Notes: generated by a model not told the origin, from the sequence alone. Positions 11,676-21,905 are shown, counted from the first letter of the stretch. The stretch: DNA of 64,000 nt from Methanomethylovorans hollandica DSM 15978 (GCF_000328665.1 NC_019977.1:930001-994000), one strand, 5' to 3'. Translations and numbers: made by a program.

Positions 11676-12977
11676 TTAATCTATCGATTGAATGCCATAA
11701 TTCCTGATATCTTTCATGGCATTTCTTACACCAAGTGCAATACCATCGACTTCTATGCCACCTTTGCCTTTTGCACCATCTCCAACTACATAAAGACCTT
11801 CTATGGGAGTCCTATTGGTAAGGTCCGTACCGGAAGACGAACGATTCACCGGCCATTCTCCGGAATATGACTGAATGAGAAGTATCTCGTAATCTCTGCC
11901 TGCAAATATCTCGGAAAGGTCCTTAAGACCGAGGTCTATTTCTTCTTCCAGCCGGTCAAGTTTTTCCCATTCTACACATTGATGTGCCATTGTCAGGTGC
12001 TTTCCGGAAGGTGCAAGAGATGGATCGATATTTGTCACTTCATTGATACCATTGACCCTGCGGGCGTAAGGTGTCAGGAGGGTACCAGCATGGCCGATGA
12101 GAGATTCTTGCGACGAAAGGCAGATCTTGACGCCGGCTGAGGGTTTTAGTTCTTTGATGGACGTAAGATATTTTTCTGTATCTACGTCCAGTGCATTGGT
12201 ATCGTATAGCCTGCTTGTTTCTATATGACCTGTATCGCTTATCACAATGTTTCCACGGTACTCTTTTCCATTAGCTATTATTCCCACAGCTTTCTGATCT
12301 TCTATAATTATCCGGGAAACCTCTGAAGAAGTCTGTATTGTTCCTCCACTGGAGTATATGACGTCAACAAGGGCGTCAGTAATTCCTTTACAGCCGCCGA
12401 GAGGTACTCCGGAGCCACTGTATCTATACATGTTCTCAATGATCTCAAATACTTCTGCTGCAGGTACGTCTTTAGCCCTCAGGCTTAATGCCCACCCGCA
12501 GAAAGAGTCAGCTATCCTTATGGCCCAGTCCTCTTTAAGGTGCTTAGAACACCACTCTTCCATTGAACCCTTTTTCGGAGGGAAGATACGTGTAGTGGTT
12601 ATGAGGATCGCCAGTTTTATCTTATTGATCAGTGAAAAACGTTTTCTGAAATCATGGAAGTCTATATCCTGATAACCATGCACGTAATCTGTGGTATTTT
12701 TCTCTATTGGGACACGGATGACAGCCATCGGATCGGCACGTATTATCTTTACAGCTGCTCCAATGTCCCTGAGCAGGGTACCAAGAGGACCAGTCGGACC
12801 ATGAGGTATCATGTGCAAAGCCCCCGTAGACAGCTGGAATCCTTTATATTCAATATTGGTAAACCTTCCACCTGTAATGGGGAGCCGCTCAAAAACAGCC
12901 ACTTCGTGGCCTTCCTTTGAGAGCCAGGCAGCAATAAGAAGACCTCCGAGGCCTGCACCGATCACTAGAACCTTCAT
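11676..12977 (-). CDS. Phytoene-desaturase-like FAD oxidoreductase (possible second geranylgeranyl reductase)
   Basis: MKVLVIGAGLGGL Rossmann start at 12977, GGRF, STGALHMIPHG, GLYVVGDG. Confidence 0.8.
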   Translation of the reverse strand: MKVLVIGAGLGGLLIAAWLSKEGHEVAVFERLPITGGRFTNIEYKGFQLSTGALHMIPHGPTGPLGTLLRDIGAAVKIIRADPMAVIRVPIEKNTTDYVHGYQDIDFHDFRKRFSLINKIKLAILITTTRIFPPKKGSMEEWCSKHLKEDWAIRIADSFCGWALSLRAKDVPAAEVFEIIENMYRYSGSGVPLGGCKGITDALVDVIYSSGGTIQTSSEVSRIIIEDQKAVGIIANGKEYRGNIVISDTGHIETSRLYDTNALDVDTEKYLTSIKELKPSAGVKICLSSQESLIGHAGTLLTPYARRVNGINEVTNIDPSLAPSGKHLTMAHQCVEWEKLDRLEEEIDLGLKDLSEIFAGRDYEILLIQSYSGEWPVNRSSSGTDLTNRTPIEGLYVVGDGAKGKGGIEVDGIALGVRNAMKDIRNYGIQSID

Positions 12978-13135
12978 ACACTTTCCTCTATAGCTTTCAT
13001 AGGGCAGTAGGCTATACATATTTTGCACTGGATGCAATCTGCAGTTATCCAGGCATTCCCTTTAACAATAATAGCATTCTTTGGACAGAAAGCAGTGCAT
13101 TGACCGCACCCAACACATCTTTCATCGATTTTCAT
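12974..13135 (-). CDS. Small 2x[4Fe-4S] ferredoxin, 53 aa (not in ORF track)
   Basis: Hand translation MKIDERCVGCGQCTAFCPKNAIIVKGNAWITADCIQCKICIAYCPMKAIEESV; ATGA overlap with the downstream reductase. Confidence 0.92.
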   Translation of the reverse strand: MKIDERCVGCGQCTAFCPKNAIIVKGNAWITADCIQCKICIAYCPMKAIEESV

Positions 13136-13481
13136 TGGCTATACACCGTTTACCCAGTATAGAAGCATTCAATGAACAAAAACATTGTTGTTATAATTAT
13201 CTCCAGAGATCTTCTACAGACCTATCTTTTCAATACCAAAGGACACTAAAATAGAAATGATATTTAAAGTTTGTTGTGACATAAAAACAGAAAGTTGATC
13301 AGAATTCTCTTTTTTCTAAAATTTTCTTTATGGTAAGTAAATCGAGCTGAAATTATAATTAGATTTATATATAATAAATACAAATAATAAACTGGATTGA
13401 GTAACACCTGAATAGATCGTTATGTCAATCAGTTCGTATATTATTAGCAAATTGGTATTTATCCGGACGGAGGTGAAATTG

Positions 13482-13553
13482 ATGGAACAGAAAAAAGACG
13501 CACAGAAGAAGGGAAACACCCCTGCACCTGCTAAAGAACAGAAAAGGAAGTAA
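13482..13553 (+). CDS. 23-aa lysine-rich small protein (copy 1)
   Basis: MEQKKDAQKKGNTPAPAKEQKRK; GGAGGTGA RBS; paralogous to the next ORF. Confidence 0.75.
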   Translation: MEQKKDAQKKGNTPAPAKEQKRK

Positions 13554-13611
13554 TTGCTGAAACTTACTGTATACTATTGATCAAATAGTATTCTTTGATG
13601 AGGTGAAAACA

Positions 13612-13686
13612 ATGGAACAGAGAAAGGATGTACAGAAGAAGGGAATAAAATCCCCGGCTCCTGTAAAAGAACAGAAAAAGAAGTAA
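13612..13686 (+). CDS. 24-aa lysine-rich small protein (copy 2)
   Basis: MEQRKDVQKKGIKSPAPVKEQKKK; GAGGTGA RBS. Confidence 0.75.
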   Translation: MEQRKDVQKKGIKSPAPVKEQKKK

Positions 13687-13706
13687 TTATCAAGAACAGC
13701 TTTACC

Positions 13707-13729
13707 GGGGGTATGAACCCCCATTTTTT
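13707..13729 (+). terminator. Terminator after the tandem small ORFs
   Basis: GGGGG-tatgaa-CCCCC hairpin followed by atttttt. Confidence 0.65.
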
Positions 13730-13752
13730 ACATATAGTGCATTAAATATTTA

Positions 13753-14505
13753 TCATAGGTCTGGGGTCTTTTTCTTCAGACTGAGCACATAGACCTCTAT
13801 GCCGGCACCAATACAGGCATTCACGCGGCTTTCAGCTATCCGGGCACAGACGATTCCCAATCTGATCTTTTCCGGGGGGACGTTATATTTCTCTGAATAA
13901 GTGATGAATCTTTGTACCTGTCCTATGGCATTGTCCCTGGCCTCGATTTCTATCTCTATCAAAAGATGTTCATTCTTTTTGCTTTTGAATACGACATCTA
14001 TCCTACCCCCTTCTGTCTCCACCTCAGTATCTATGAACTCCAGTCCTTCCTCTATAAGTTCGGGGAAAGTAGAGATCATTCTGGCAATATCCTGTTCTGA
14101 AATGGAACCATGGTCCGTTATATCATTCAGACAGCTTGCTTTTAGCACCCTGTTCAAATGAGAAGCGATATCTGTCCTCTTCTTATTGGTCTCATGAGGA
14201 TAAACATTCGTGATCTGTTCATTTTCCAGCTGGAGCAGTATACATATTTTTCCTAGCTTTTTGCTGCGGGAAATAGGAAGAGCACCAGTGCCTTTGCTAA
14301 CAACACCAATCCCATTTTTCCTGCTTATTATCCTGAGATCCTCAATCAGTTCCTCTTTTTCTTCATCTTTGAGAGTTGCAATATCCACACTTTCATGCCC
14401 TATATCATGCTTTTCCTTAATAGCATCAAGTAAATTATTATAGGAAAGAATATCCTTGTACTCTGCCTCAGCAGCTGTAAAAAGTCTATATGTAATCATT
14501 CTCAA
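13753..14505 (-). CDS. NucS/PD-(D/E)xK-like endonuclease domain protein
   Basis: C-terminal SEQDI..PELIEEGL..E...GRIDVVF...LLIEIE...AIGQVQRF resembles the NucS C-terminal nuclease domain. Confidence 0.7.
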   Translation of the reverse strand: MRMITYRLFTAAEAEYKDILSYNNLLDAIKEKHDIGHESVDIATLKDEEKEELIEDLRIISRKNGIGVVSKGTGALPISRSKKLGKICILLQLENEQITNVYPHETNKKRTDIASHLNRVLKASCLNDITDHGSISEQDIARMISTFPELIEEGLEFIDTEVETEGGRIDVVFKSKKNEHLLIEIEIEARDNAIGQVQRFITYSEKYNVPPEKIRLGIVCARIAESRVNACIGAGIEVYVLSLKKKTPDL

Positions 14506-15220
14506 ACTTTCCTGTTAGACCGGTATGCATCTGACACTTACATGAGGACATGATTGAACATACATTTTGTCATATAAGTTTATCTGCAATATACTGTAAA
14601 GGATTTCATCAAACTCTTCATGAAACCACCTAGTAATTCATTTGTTTAAATACCTTCATGTAAAAGAAGTATGACTTAATCTGTATCATATGTGATGTAT
14701 AAAGGCATTGCACAATGATTACACAGTGTTGTAATGAATAAGATAATGGTTCAAAAATACAGAACTATCAGCAAGTACCTGCTTTGTTTTCAGAAAATCA
14801 CCTTTAACAGAAACTTCATTCCTAATAGCGTTAGCTATGGAAAAAAAAGGGTTCAATAGTGTTCAGTGAACGACACTAGAGAGGGATCTAGTGTAGATAT
14901 AATTACGATCGAGAAAAGAACATAACTATAAGAGTGATATGTGTTGTGAAGATCGCCAAAATTTAGATGAGGGTGTAGTTATGTTTACGACAGATGAATC
15001 AACAAAAGCGATTTTTTTGCAGGTATAGCATTGTGGTCTATTTTAGGCCTTCTAGGAAATAGTATAGTTACTTTTAACTTTAGAAAAAGTGATTGTAAAA
15101 CATTTACTACAGCAGACACGTCATTATAAATCGCATCAGTCTTTGATTTTTAATACTATTCTTTTTTCAGTTTCTAAGTTTCTGTAATTACCATAAATCT
15201 ATAGGATAGAACACGAATAT

Positions 15221-15607
15221 ATGAATATTAACGGAGAGAATAGTATCCAAAGTGCATATGGCCGCAGAAGAGGAACTGCGATAATCAACACTGAAAAGGG
15301 AATCATTGTAGTAGCTGAAAGAAATTCAAAATTCCTTCTTCCAGGTGGAGGTACACGACCTCATGAAATGCAAATAGAGTCGGCAATAAGAGAAGTAAAA
15401 GAAGAACTTGGTGTCTATCCAGTAGAAGTAAAGTTTTTATTTAGATATATGGCAGCAAAAGTATTCTTTATGAAAGTAGTGGGTACTCCAATCCCTCATA
15501 ACGAAATAAGCAGAATTGGGTATTATAATCCAAGTTGTAATCTTGAGGTTTCTAATAATACAAAAAAAATATTGGACATTTATTATGGATCATACATGGC
15601 TCCTTAA
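15221..15607 (+). CDS. NUDIX hydrolase
   Basis: LPGGGTRPHEMQIESAIREVKEELG Nudix box. Confidence 0.85.
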   Translation: MNINGENSIQSAYGRRRGTAIINTEKGIIVVAERNSKFLLPGGGTRPHEMQIESAIREVKEELGVYPVEVKFLFRYMAAKVFFMKVVGTPIPHNEISRIGYYNPSCNLEVSNNTKKILDIYYGSYMAP

Positions 15608-15725
15608 ATAGATCATGTGAGTGATTGAATGTCGATGATCATAGAGTCTATGGAATATACAAGACTTTTATAATTATTTTAATATAGAATATGATTGCCT
15701 CAATATTTTATATACTGTGAAAGAT

Positions 15726-16031
15726 GGCTCTGTAGAAATGCTCACTTGAGCAATATATCTAACCTTGACATATCTGTCAAGGTTATGTATCAATAACTTG
15801 ATTTTAACTTCTTTTACTTGATTCCAGTATCCTCTTGCTTTTATTTCTTCACCATATTTTCTTTTAATGACTGAGAACATAGTTTCTGCCAGGTTTCTAA
15901 TATGATACAATACCTTCTCAAACTCTTGTATCATTTTTTTGCGATATTTGCCTTTTATCTTCTTCCTTTTCCTTTCTCTCAAAGGGATCATAGCTATTGC
16001 TTTTAGTTCTTCCCTTACCAGAGAATGTATT
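15726..16031 (-). mobile_element. Truncated IS5-like transposase remnant (C-terminal part plus one end)
   Basis: [30 protein letters not shown]...[20 protein letters not shown] (DDE third-residue motif); putative terminal IR GGCTCTGTAGAAAT at 15726-15739; N-terminal part absent. Confidence 0.8.
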
Positions 16032-16149
16032 CCCCAGCAGCATCCTAGCTTTCTCTGACCTCATAACAAGCTGCAGCACTATAATAATTTAGTTTGGATG
16101 CCATGTTAAGGAAAAGGTCTGGATTTAAGAGCCCAGGACCTTTCAAAAC

Positions 16150-17106
16150 TTACCCCCTGTTTATGATAAAAAGGGTATATCCGACATAAATTGCCAAGAA
16201 AGTTAGGGCTTCCCATCTTTCAAATTTATGCTTCTTGCCGATAAACATGAAGATAAAGAACAGCAATGTTGCAATTGCTAGAATAATTAAGTCTACATTA
16301 ATACCAATTGGCACCGTTAGAGGAGATATTATTGAAGAAACTCCCATGATAAAAAATATATTGAAAATATTTGAGCCGACAATATTTCCAACAGAGATGT
16401 CCATCTCCTTTTTGAGTGCTGCCGCAACCGATGTAACTAACTCAGGGAGTGATGTTCCTGCAGCAACGATTGTTGAAGATATGAGAAACTCGCTTATTCC
16501 CATTTGCCTTGCAATCGACACAGCACCATCCACAGTCAATTTTCCTCCTATTACTAAAAAGATAAATCCCGCTATTAGCATAAATGAAATTTTTGTGCTG
16601 GAGTGTTCCTTAATATTATCAGATGATTCATTTGTGCTATTTCGGATAGTTTCAAATATATAATAAAGAAACATTGAAAAGAAAAAAAGTAATATTATCC
16701 CGTCTGCTCTCGTAAGAATATTGTCTGAATCATTGGCCAACATTATTTTGTTTGACATGGTTGTCAGAACAAGGACAGCAAGTAAAGCAAAAGGTATCTC
16801 TTTCCAAACGGTTGGCTTTTGCACAATTAAAGGAGCTATTAATCCGGTTACACCAAGAATTAGCAGTAAATTGATTATATTGCTTCCAACTATATTACCA
16901 AATGCTACATCACTGTTACCTTGAATGGAAGCAAAGAAATTAACAACGAGTTCAGGCATGGAAGTTCCAAATGCAACAACAGTCAATCCTATTACCAAGG
17001 AGGATATGCCAAGATGCTTAGCAAGAGACGAGGCACCTTCGACGAACCAGTTTGCCCCCTGATATAACAATGCAAGACCTATCAGAATAAATATGTAATC
17101 GATCAT
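16150..17106 (-). CDS. Ca2+/Na+ antiporter (CaCA, YrbG-like)
   Basis: Two alpha repeats GTSMPE / GTSLPE with GNIVGSNI. Confidence 0.93.
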   Translation of the reverse strand: MIDYIFILIGLALLYQGANWFVEGASSLAKHLGISSLVIGLTVVAFGTSMPELVVNFFASIQGNSDVAFGNIVGSNIINLLLILGVTGLIAPLIVQKPTVWKEIPFALLAVLVLTTMSNKIMLANDSDNILTRADGIILLFFFSMFLYYIFETIRNSTNESSDNIKEHSSTKISFMLIAGFIFLVIGGKLTVDGAVSIARQMGISEFLISSTIVAAGTSLPELVTSVAAALKKEMDISVGNIVGSNIFNIFFIMGVSSIISPLTVPIGINVDLIILAIATLLFFIFMFIGKKHKFERWEALTFLAIYVGYTLFIINRG

Positions 17107-17500
17107 GGCTTTACATCATCTATATCAATGATTATAAAATCATCGAATCACCTACGGTACTGTACATTCCCCTGCCCGAAATCCATCAGCATATGACCCA
17201 GCTGGACGAGATCAACGAGAAAATATTAGTAACTCCGAAAGAGATCGAAGTTAAAAAGATCAAGATGATCAATACAGCAACCTGAAACGTGTTCGAAAAA
17301 GATCTCACGGATGTGATCTTTGAGGAATTAAATATGATGCCAAAGCTCATCTTTTCGTGACATCCCTCGAAGAAACCGGAATGAGCTCTGGAAGAGCAAT
17401 TTATTTATAGCCATCTGATATTATAGACCGGGCTAGTTAGCATTTATGCGTATAATATGCATTTTTTAAGTGGGGGATAAAAATTTCATTTATTAGATCA

Positions 17501-17788
17501 ATGAACAACGAGCAAAAACTCGAACTCTCCAGTAGTCTATTGTCATGGTTAGTAGAAGAGATGAGAATAAGCATTCCTGAAAGGGCACTGGAATTATTTG
17601 AGAAAACACTGCAACTGGAAAAAATTCAGCTGAAATTGTTCCATGGCCAGCAGATTTCAAATGAGGAAATTCTCACAATAGCTACTCTGAAACACTTTAT
17701 CCATTCTTCTGAGGAAATAGCTCAAATGCCCTCTCCTTACAAAACAGTGGAATATACATCTGTGGATAATAAAATTACAGAAACATAA
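17501..17788 (+). CDS. Hypothetical protein, 95 aa
   Basis: ATG-start ORF in AT-rich DNA; no recognised motif. Confidence 0.5.
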   Translation: MNNEQKLELSSSLLSWLVEEMRISIPERALELFEKTLQLEKIQLKLFHGQQISNEEILTIATLKHFIHSSEEIAQMPSPYKTVEYTSVDNKITET

Positions 17789-18052
17789 TAGTTCAGATGT
17801 GCAATTGATTGGATACTTTATCAGAACTTGGAAGTAGGGTAATAAGTGCCTGAGCTAAGGGTATTGAAAGTAACCGGAACAATGGGTTTTGAAAACACAT
17901 TTAAATTAAGGAAAGATAACTTTAGTCCCTACTGAGCTTTGTGACATATGATACATACAAAATACACTTACATCAAGATAAGGTAGTATAAAACCCCAAA
18001 AAATGCAGACCAAAATAAGCAGTGAGGGGATAGCGTTAAACCATTAGATTTA

Positions 18053-18138
18053 CGCTGAGGGGGAGATTCGAACTCCCGCAGCGCGTGAGCACTACCGGTT
18101 TTCAAGACCGGCGCCGTAGTCCACTTGGCTACCTCAGC
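18053..18138 (-). tRNA. tRNA-Ser (anticodon UGA), long variable arm, no encoded CCA
   Basis: Minus strand GCTGAGG acceptor stem, anticodon stem CCGGT-CTTGAAA-ACCGG, GTTCGAATC T-loop, G discriminator. Confidence 0.97.
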
Positions 18139-18238
18139 AATATGTTCCAATGAGTGTGGTATCCTTAATACCACTTTTGAATATAAGACTTTTGATAAGA
18201 GATGCGATAGCGCCTGATAAATAAAGGAACGAAGAGTG

Positions 18239-18973
18239 TTACTCTTCGGTTTCGACTTCTTCAGAAGCTACTGGCTCTTCGGATTCATCCTTATTTGGCG
18301 CATAGGGATATTTCTCAACAAATTCCAGATTAGATATGCCCAGATTTTCGATGAGTTCGTGGGCTATACGGCCCTTGGAAATAAGCCATCTCTGATTGAA
18401 ACTGAACTCTATGGGTATAATAACGCGGATAAGTTCCGGAGTTATCTCCATATCCATGTTCGATGCACCGGTGTACAGGGCAAGCAGACCTCTGGCCTTT
18501 TCCTCAGAGTCATCCAGCTTCTTTTCAATGGTATACTCGTAGGTTACAGCCCGGCCTGCAAGAGAGTGATTAAAATCCACACGCAGCCTGCGGCCAATGA
18601 TCTTCTGTACAACACCCTTCTTGCCATCTACTTCGACCTCCATACCCGGGTATGCACGTGTGTCCTTAAGCTGTGTTGCAACCTTGGTGATGGAAACAGA
18701 CTCCACCAGAGCAGGGTTGTGTACACCAAAAGCCTTCTCCGGAGGGATCTCCAGGGTGCCTGTGTATCCTACTTCCTTGTCCACAAAGTCCTCATCCAGA
18801 CCTTTTATGGTATGGCCGGAACCAACTATGACAACGTCTCCCCCATAAATACCACGGGGATTGAAGATACCATTCTCTTTTGCAATTTCCTCGCTAGTAG
18901 TGTCAAAGACCTGTCCGTCCTCGAACCTTCCAGTATATGTTATCTTTATGAAATCTCCTTTCTCTATTGCCAC
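18239..18973 (-). CDS. Long-type archaeal FKBP peptidyl-prolyl isomerase (SlyD-like)
   Basis: GDFIKITYTG..VFDTT, IPPEKAFG, VDFNHSLAG; GTG start at 18973. Confidence 0.92.
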   Translation of the reverse strand: MAIEKGDFIKITYTGRFEDGQVFDTTSEEIAKENGIFNPRGIYGGDVVIVGSGHTIKGLDEDFVDKEVGYTGTLEIPPEKAFGVHNPALVESVSITKVATQLKDTRAYPGMEVEVDGKKGVVQKIIGRRLRVDFNHSLAGRAVTYEYTIEKKLDDSEEKARGLLALYTGASNMDMEITPELIRVIIPIEFSFNQRWLISKGRIAHELIENLGISNLEFVEKYPYAPNKDESEEPVASEEVETEE

Positions 18974-19190
18974 ATATATCAACTCTGTTCCTTTGATGAA
19001 TGTAATTATGTATACAGTGTCTCTGCTATACTCCTGTGCCTTTAAGAACTTTTTGCCATCAAAGCAGAGCAAAGAAAAGTATGGATAAGGAGAGATAAAT
19101 AAGACGGTCAAAAAGTATTTCAATGGAGCCCTTAAAAAATGAAAAATAAGAAGAAGAGGAAAAAGAAAAAGAGAGAGGGACTTTTATGTC

Positions 19191-21284
19191 CTAGTCCTCA
19201 GCCTTCAATGAAAAGCGGGCTACATAAGCCTGCATATCATCCGAAAGCTTTGCAAGTTCCTGGGCTGACTTAGCAAGCTCCTGCATAGAAGATGTCTGCT
19301 CCTCCACAGCCGCAGAAGCCTGTTGTGTGCCTGCAGCTGCATGCTCTGAAATAGCTGATATCTCTTCAACTGATGATGTGATCTCCTCGATACTGGCAGA
19401 CTGTTCCTGCGCAGCAGCAGCAATATCCTGAGCCATGATCGCCACTTTTCCACTCCTCTCCACAATGGACTGCACTGCCTGTACAGTTTCAGAAAGGGCT
19501 GTGGATCCTGTATTCACCTGCTCAGTACCTTTATCCATGGCTTCCACAGCATTTTCAGTACCGACCTGTATCTCCTTGATCAGGCCAGCTATCTCCTTCG
19601 CGGCATCACCTGATTCTTCTGCCAGCTTTCTAACCTCATCAGCAACCACTGCAAATCCTCGGCCATGTTCACCAGCCCTTGCTGCCTCAATAGCTGCATT
19701 AAGCGCAAGCAGATTTGTCTGATCTGCAATGTTCGTGATAAGACTAACGATCTCATCAATCTTTCTGGATTTCATTTCCAGTTCACGGATCACATCAGCA
19801 GATTCACCTACAGCTGATTGTATGGAACTCATCTGGATGATCAGGTTTTCAGACTGTACACCTACATCCTTTATTGTATCACTGGTGATCGTTGCGGTCT
19901 CTGCAGCCCTCTGCGCATTTACAGCTATTTCCTGCACACTCTGAGTCATGTCGGTCATGGCCCTGGAAACTTCTTCGGTTTTCTGCGATTGGCTGGTCGA
20001 ACCTTTTGCGATCTCCCCAACATTAGATGCGATCTCAGTGGAAGAAGCTGTCATCTCCTCAGATGCTGCAGACATCTCCTGTGCAGAAGCTGCAATATTG
20101 GCTGCATTTACTCCTACCATCCTGACCATCTTATTCATGTTGTCCATGATAAGGTTTAGTCCGGCCGGAATTCCCTTGAAATCTATGCCAACATCAGTAT
20201 CAGCCCTTATGTCCAATTTCCCGTCTACGGCCCCATTGGATATTTGGTTAAAATCCTCAATGATCCTGTTAATAGGATTGGTTATGGACCTTGCGATCAG
20301 ATAAGCCACAAATGCCATAAAACCGATTGCAACAACCGAGATGATGATCAGGTTATTCCTCATGGCTGTAGCTCCTGCAAGCATCTCTGCTTCTGGAACG
20401 GACAGCACTAATGCAAAATTAGAGGAAGGTATAGGTTCATAAAATAAAACCACATCTTTGCCGCTCACAGGGTCTAAGGAAGCTATAGTTCCCTTCTTGC
20501 CGGCACTGATATCCTGTGCCATCTTTGCATATCCAGGTGCATTTACATCTTTGATAGATCTGGTGCCTATCCAGTCCTTGTTATTTGGATGTGAGAGGAA
20601 AACGCCGGACTTACTGGTAATGAAAGCGTAGCCGGTATCGTATATAGAGATCTGTCCGGCAGAGCTGTCTATCTCAGTGAGTGAAACATCCAGACCGCTT
20701 ATTCCTATTGCATTTCCATCTTTGATAACCGGAGCCACATAGCTCACTAGCAGGACGCCATCATACACGAACGGCTCAAGGACTACGGTCTCTTTTAATT
20801 TTATAGGCAGCTGATAATAATCAGATGTATCGGTGTCTGCCAGCGGGTCCAGTACAAGTGAACCGCCCAGATTATTCCAGTAAGGCATGAACCTGCCCGT
20901 GGCATCGTGACCCACAGCATTGACAAATTGATTATCTCTGCCATCAAAAGCGTTGGGTTCGAATCCTACATAAGCTCCCACAACACCCGGAGTAGTAAGA
21001 AAGAGATCCTTTACTATGGCACTTACCTCTTCCCTGTTTCCGGAGTTGTAGTTTTCCATGGTACTTGCAAGGGTCTCTGCAACGATGACATTCCTCTGAA
21101 GATTACCATCAAATGCCTGTGCATGAGCTAACGCAGTATTTTCTGCATCTGCATAGGCCAGTTCATTTTCCTGCTCAGTTACCTGAGAAATGATCATGTA
21201 ACTGGAAGCACACATTACAAGTGTGACACCAAGAACAATATAGATCATAAGTTTTGTTTTTAAATTTAGATTCTGCAATTTCAA
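19191..21284 (-). CDS. Methyl-accepting chemotaxis protein with extracellular dCache sensor
   Basis: TM-dCache-[50 protein letters not shown] start with AAGGTGA RBS. Confidence 0.95.
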   Translation of the reverse strand: MKLQNLNLKTKLMIYIVLGVTLVMCASSYMIISQVTEQENELAYADAENTALAHAQAFDGNLQRNVIVAETLASTMENYNSGNREEVSAIVKDLFLTTPGVVGAYVGFEPNAFDGRDNQFVNAVGHDATGRFMPYWNNLGGSLVLDPLADTDTSDYYQLPIKLKETVVLEPFVYDGVLLVSYVAPVIKDGNAIGISGLDVSLTEIDSSAGQISIYDTGYAFITSKSGVFLSHPNNKDWIGTRSIKDVNAPGYAKMAQDISAGKKGTIASLDPVSGKDVVLFYEPIPSSNFALVLSVPEAEMLAGATAMRNNLIIISVVAIGFMAFVAYLIARSITNPINRIIEDFNQISNGAVDGKLDIRADTDVGIDFKGIPAGLNLIMDNMNKMVRMVGVNAANIAASAQEMSAASEEMTASSTEIASNVGEIAKGSTSQSQKTEEVSRAMTDMTQSVQEIAVNAQRAAETATITSDTIKDVGVQSENLIIQMSSIQSAVGESADVIRELEMKSRKIDEIVSLITNIADQTNLLALNAAIEAARAGEHGRGFAVVADEVRKLAEESGDAAKEIAGLIKEIQVGTENAVEAMDKGTEQVNTGSTALSETVQAVQSIVERSGKVAIMAQDIAAAAQEQSASIEEITSSVEEISAISEHAAAGTQQASAAVEEQTSSMQELAKSAQELAKLSDDMQAYVARFSLKAED

Positions 21285-21411
21285 TTTATCACCTTATTAA
21301 AATATATATAATTGACACTTGATATAAATGCGCTGTAAAATATATAAAATACATGGTTTTAAATTGGCAGTAAAAATAGGCAGTGCATCTAAAATGCTGT
21401 AAAATATGATA

Positions 21412-21459
21412 GTCCTGTACCTTAGTAGAATCTTGGAAATAACTAGAAAGGTACAGGAC
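21412..21459. repeat. Perfect 12-bp inverted repeat upstream of the MCP
   Basis: gtcctgtacctt (21412-21423) / aaggtacaggac (21448-21459). Confidence 0.85.
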
Positions 21460-21874
21460 CATGAACCTATATGACCTGTTAGACGATTATTTTGTCGATA
21501 GCGAAGGTGCTGTGAGAACACTCATAACTACCAGGCATTTCCAAAAGAGCACTGGAAACAGATATTTACCTATGGAAGATTAAGAATAGGCTGAAGTACA
21601 GGGGATGTACAGCAAAATGGGGACACTGCCAGTTACAGAGAGATTGAACAATAAATTTAAACTATATTTAAAAAAATCATCTGTATAAAGACGGAAAAAT
21701 ACCGAAATATCATGATCTGTCTGGTGATCAAAAATTGATATTACCCACACTATGTCGAAGAGATACTAGATTTTTAATTAAGGGATAAACCAATTAAATC
21801 ATTTATAGCTATTAATTTGCTTAGTTGTTTTTAAAATTTTACTTGGATATGCAATGAGAAGTTCCGAATCATCT

Positions 21875-21905
21875 TCGAAAGGTTAAAGAATGAGCCATGC
21901 TAACA
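21875..21905 (+). promoter_or_regulatory. Promoter/operator block shared by both symporter units (copy 1)
   Basis: tcgaaaggttaaagaatgagccatgctaaca; 28/31 identical to 23731-23761; BRE/TATA-like. Confidence 0.7.

Noticed and set aside
13206..13222. gagatcttctacagacc resembling the IS end at 15726
   Set aside because: Short, imperfect, and oriented away from the IS remnant, so it cannot bound a composite element; may be chance
17160..17400. Coding-like fragment MTQLDEINEKILVTPKEIEVKKIKMINTAT*
   Set aside because: Possibly a gene remnant, but I recognise no family and see no RBS, so it is not supportable
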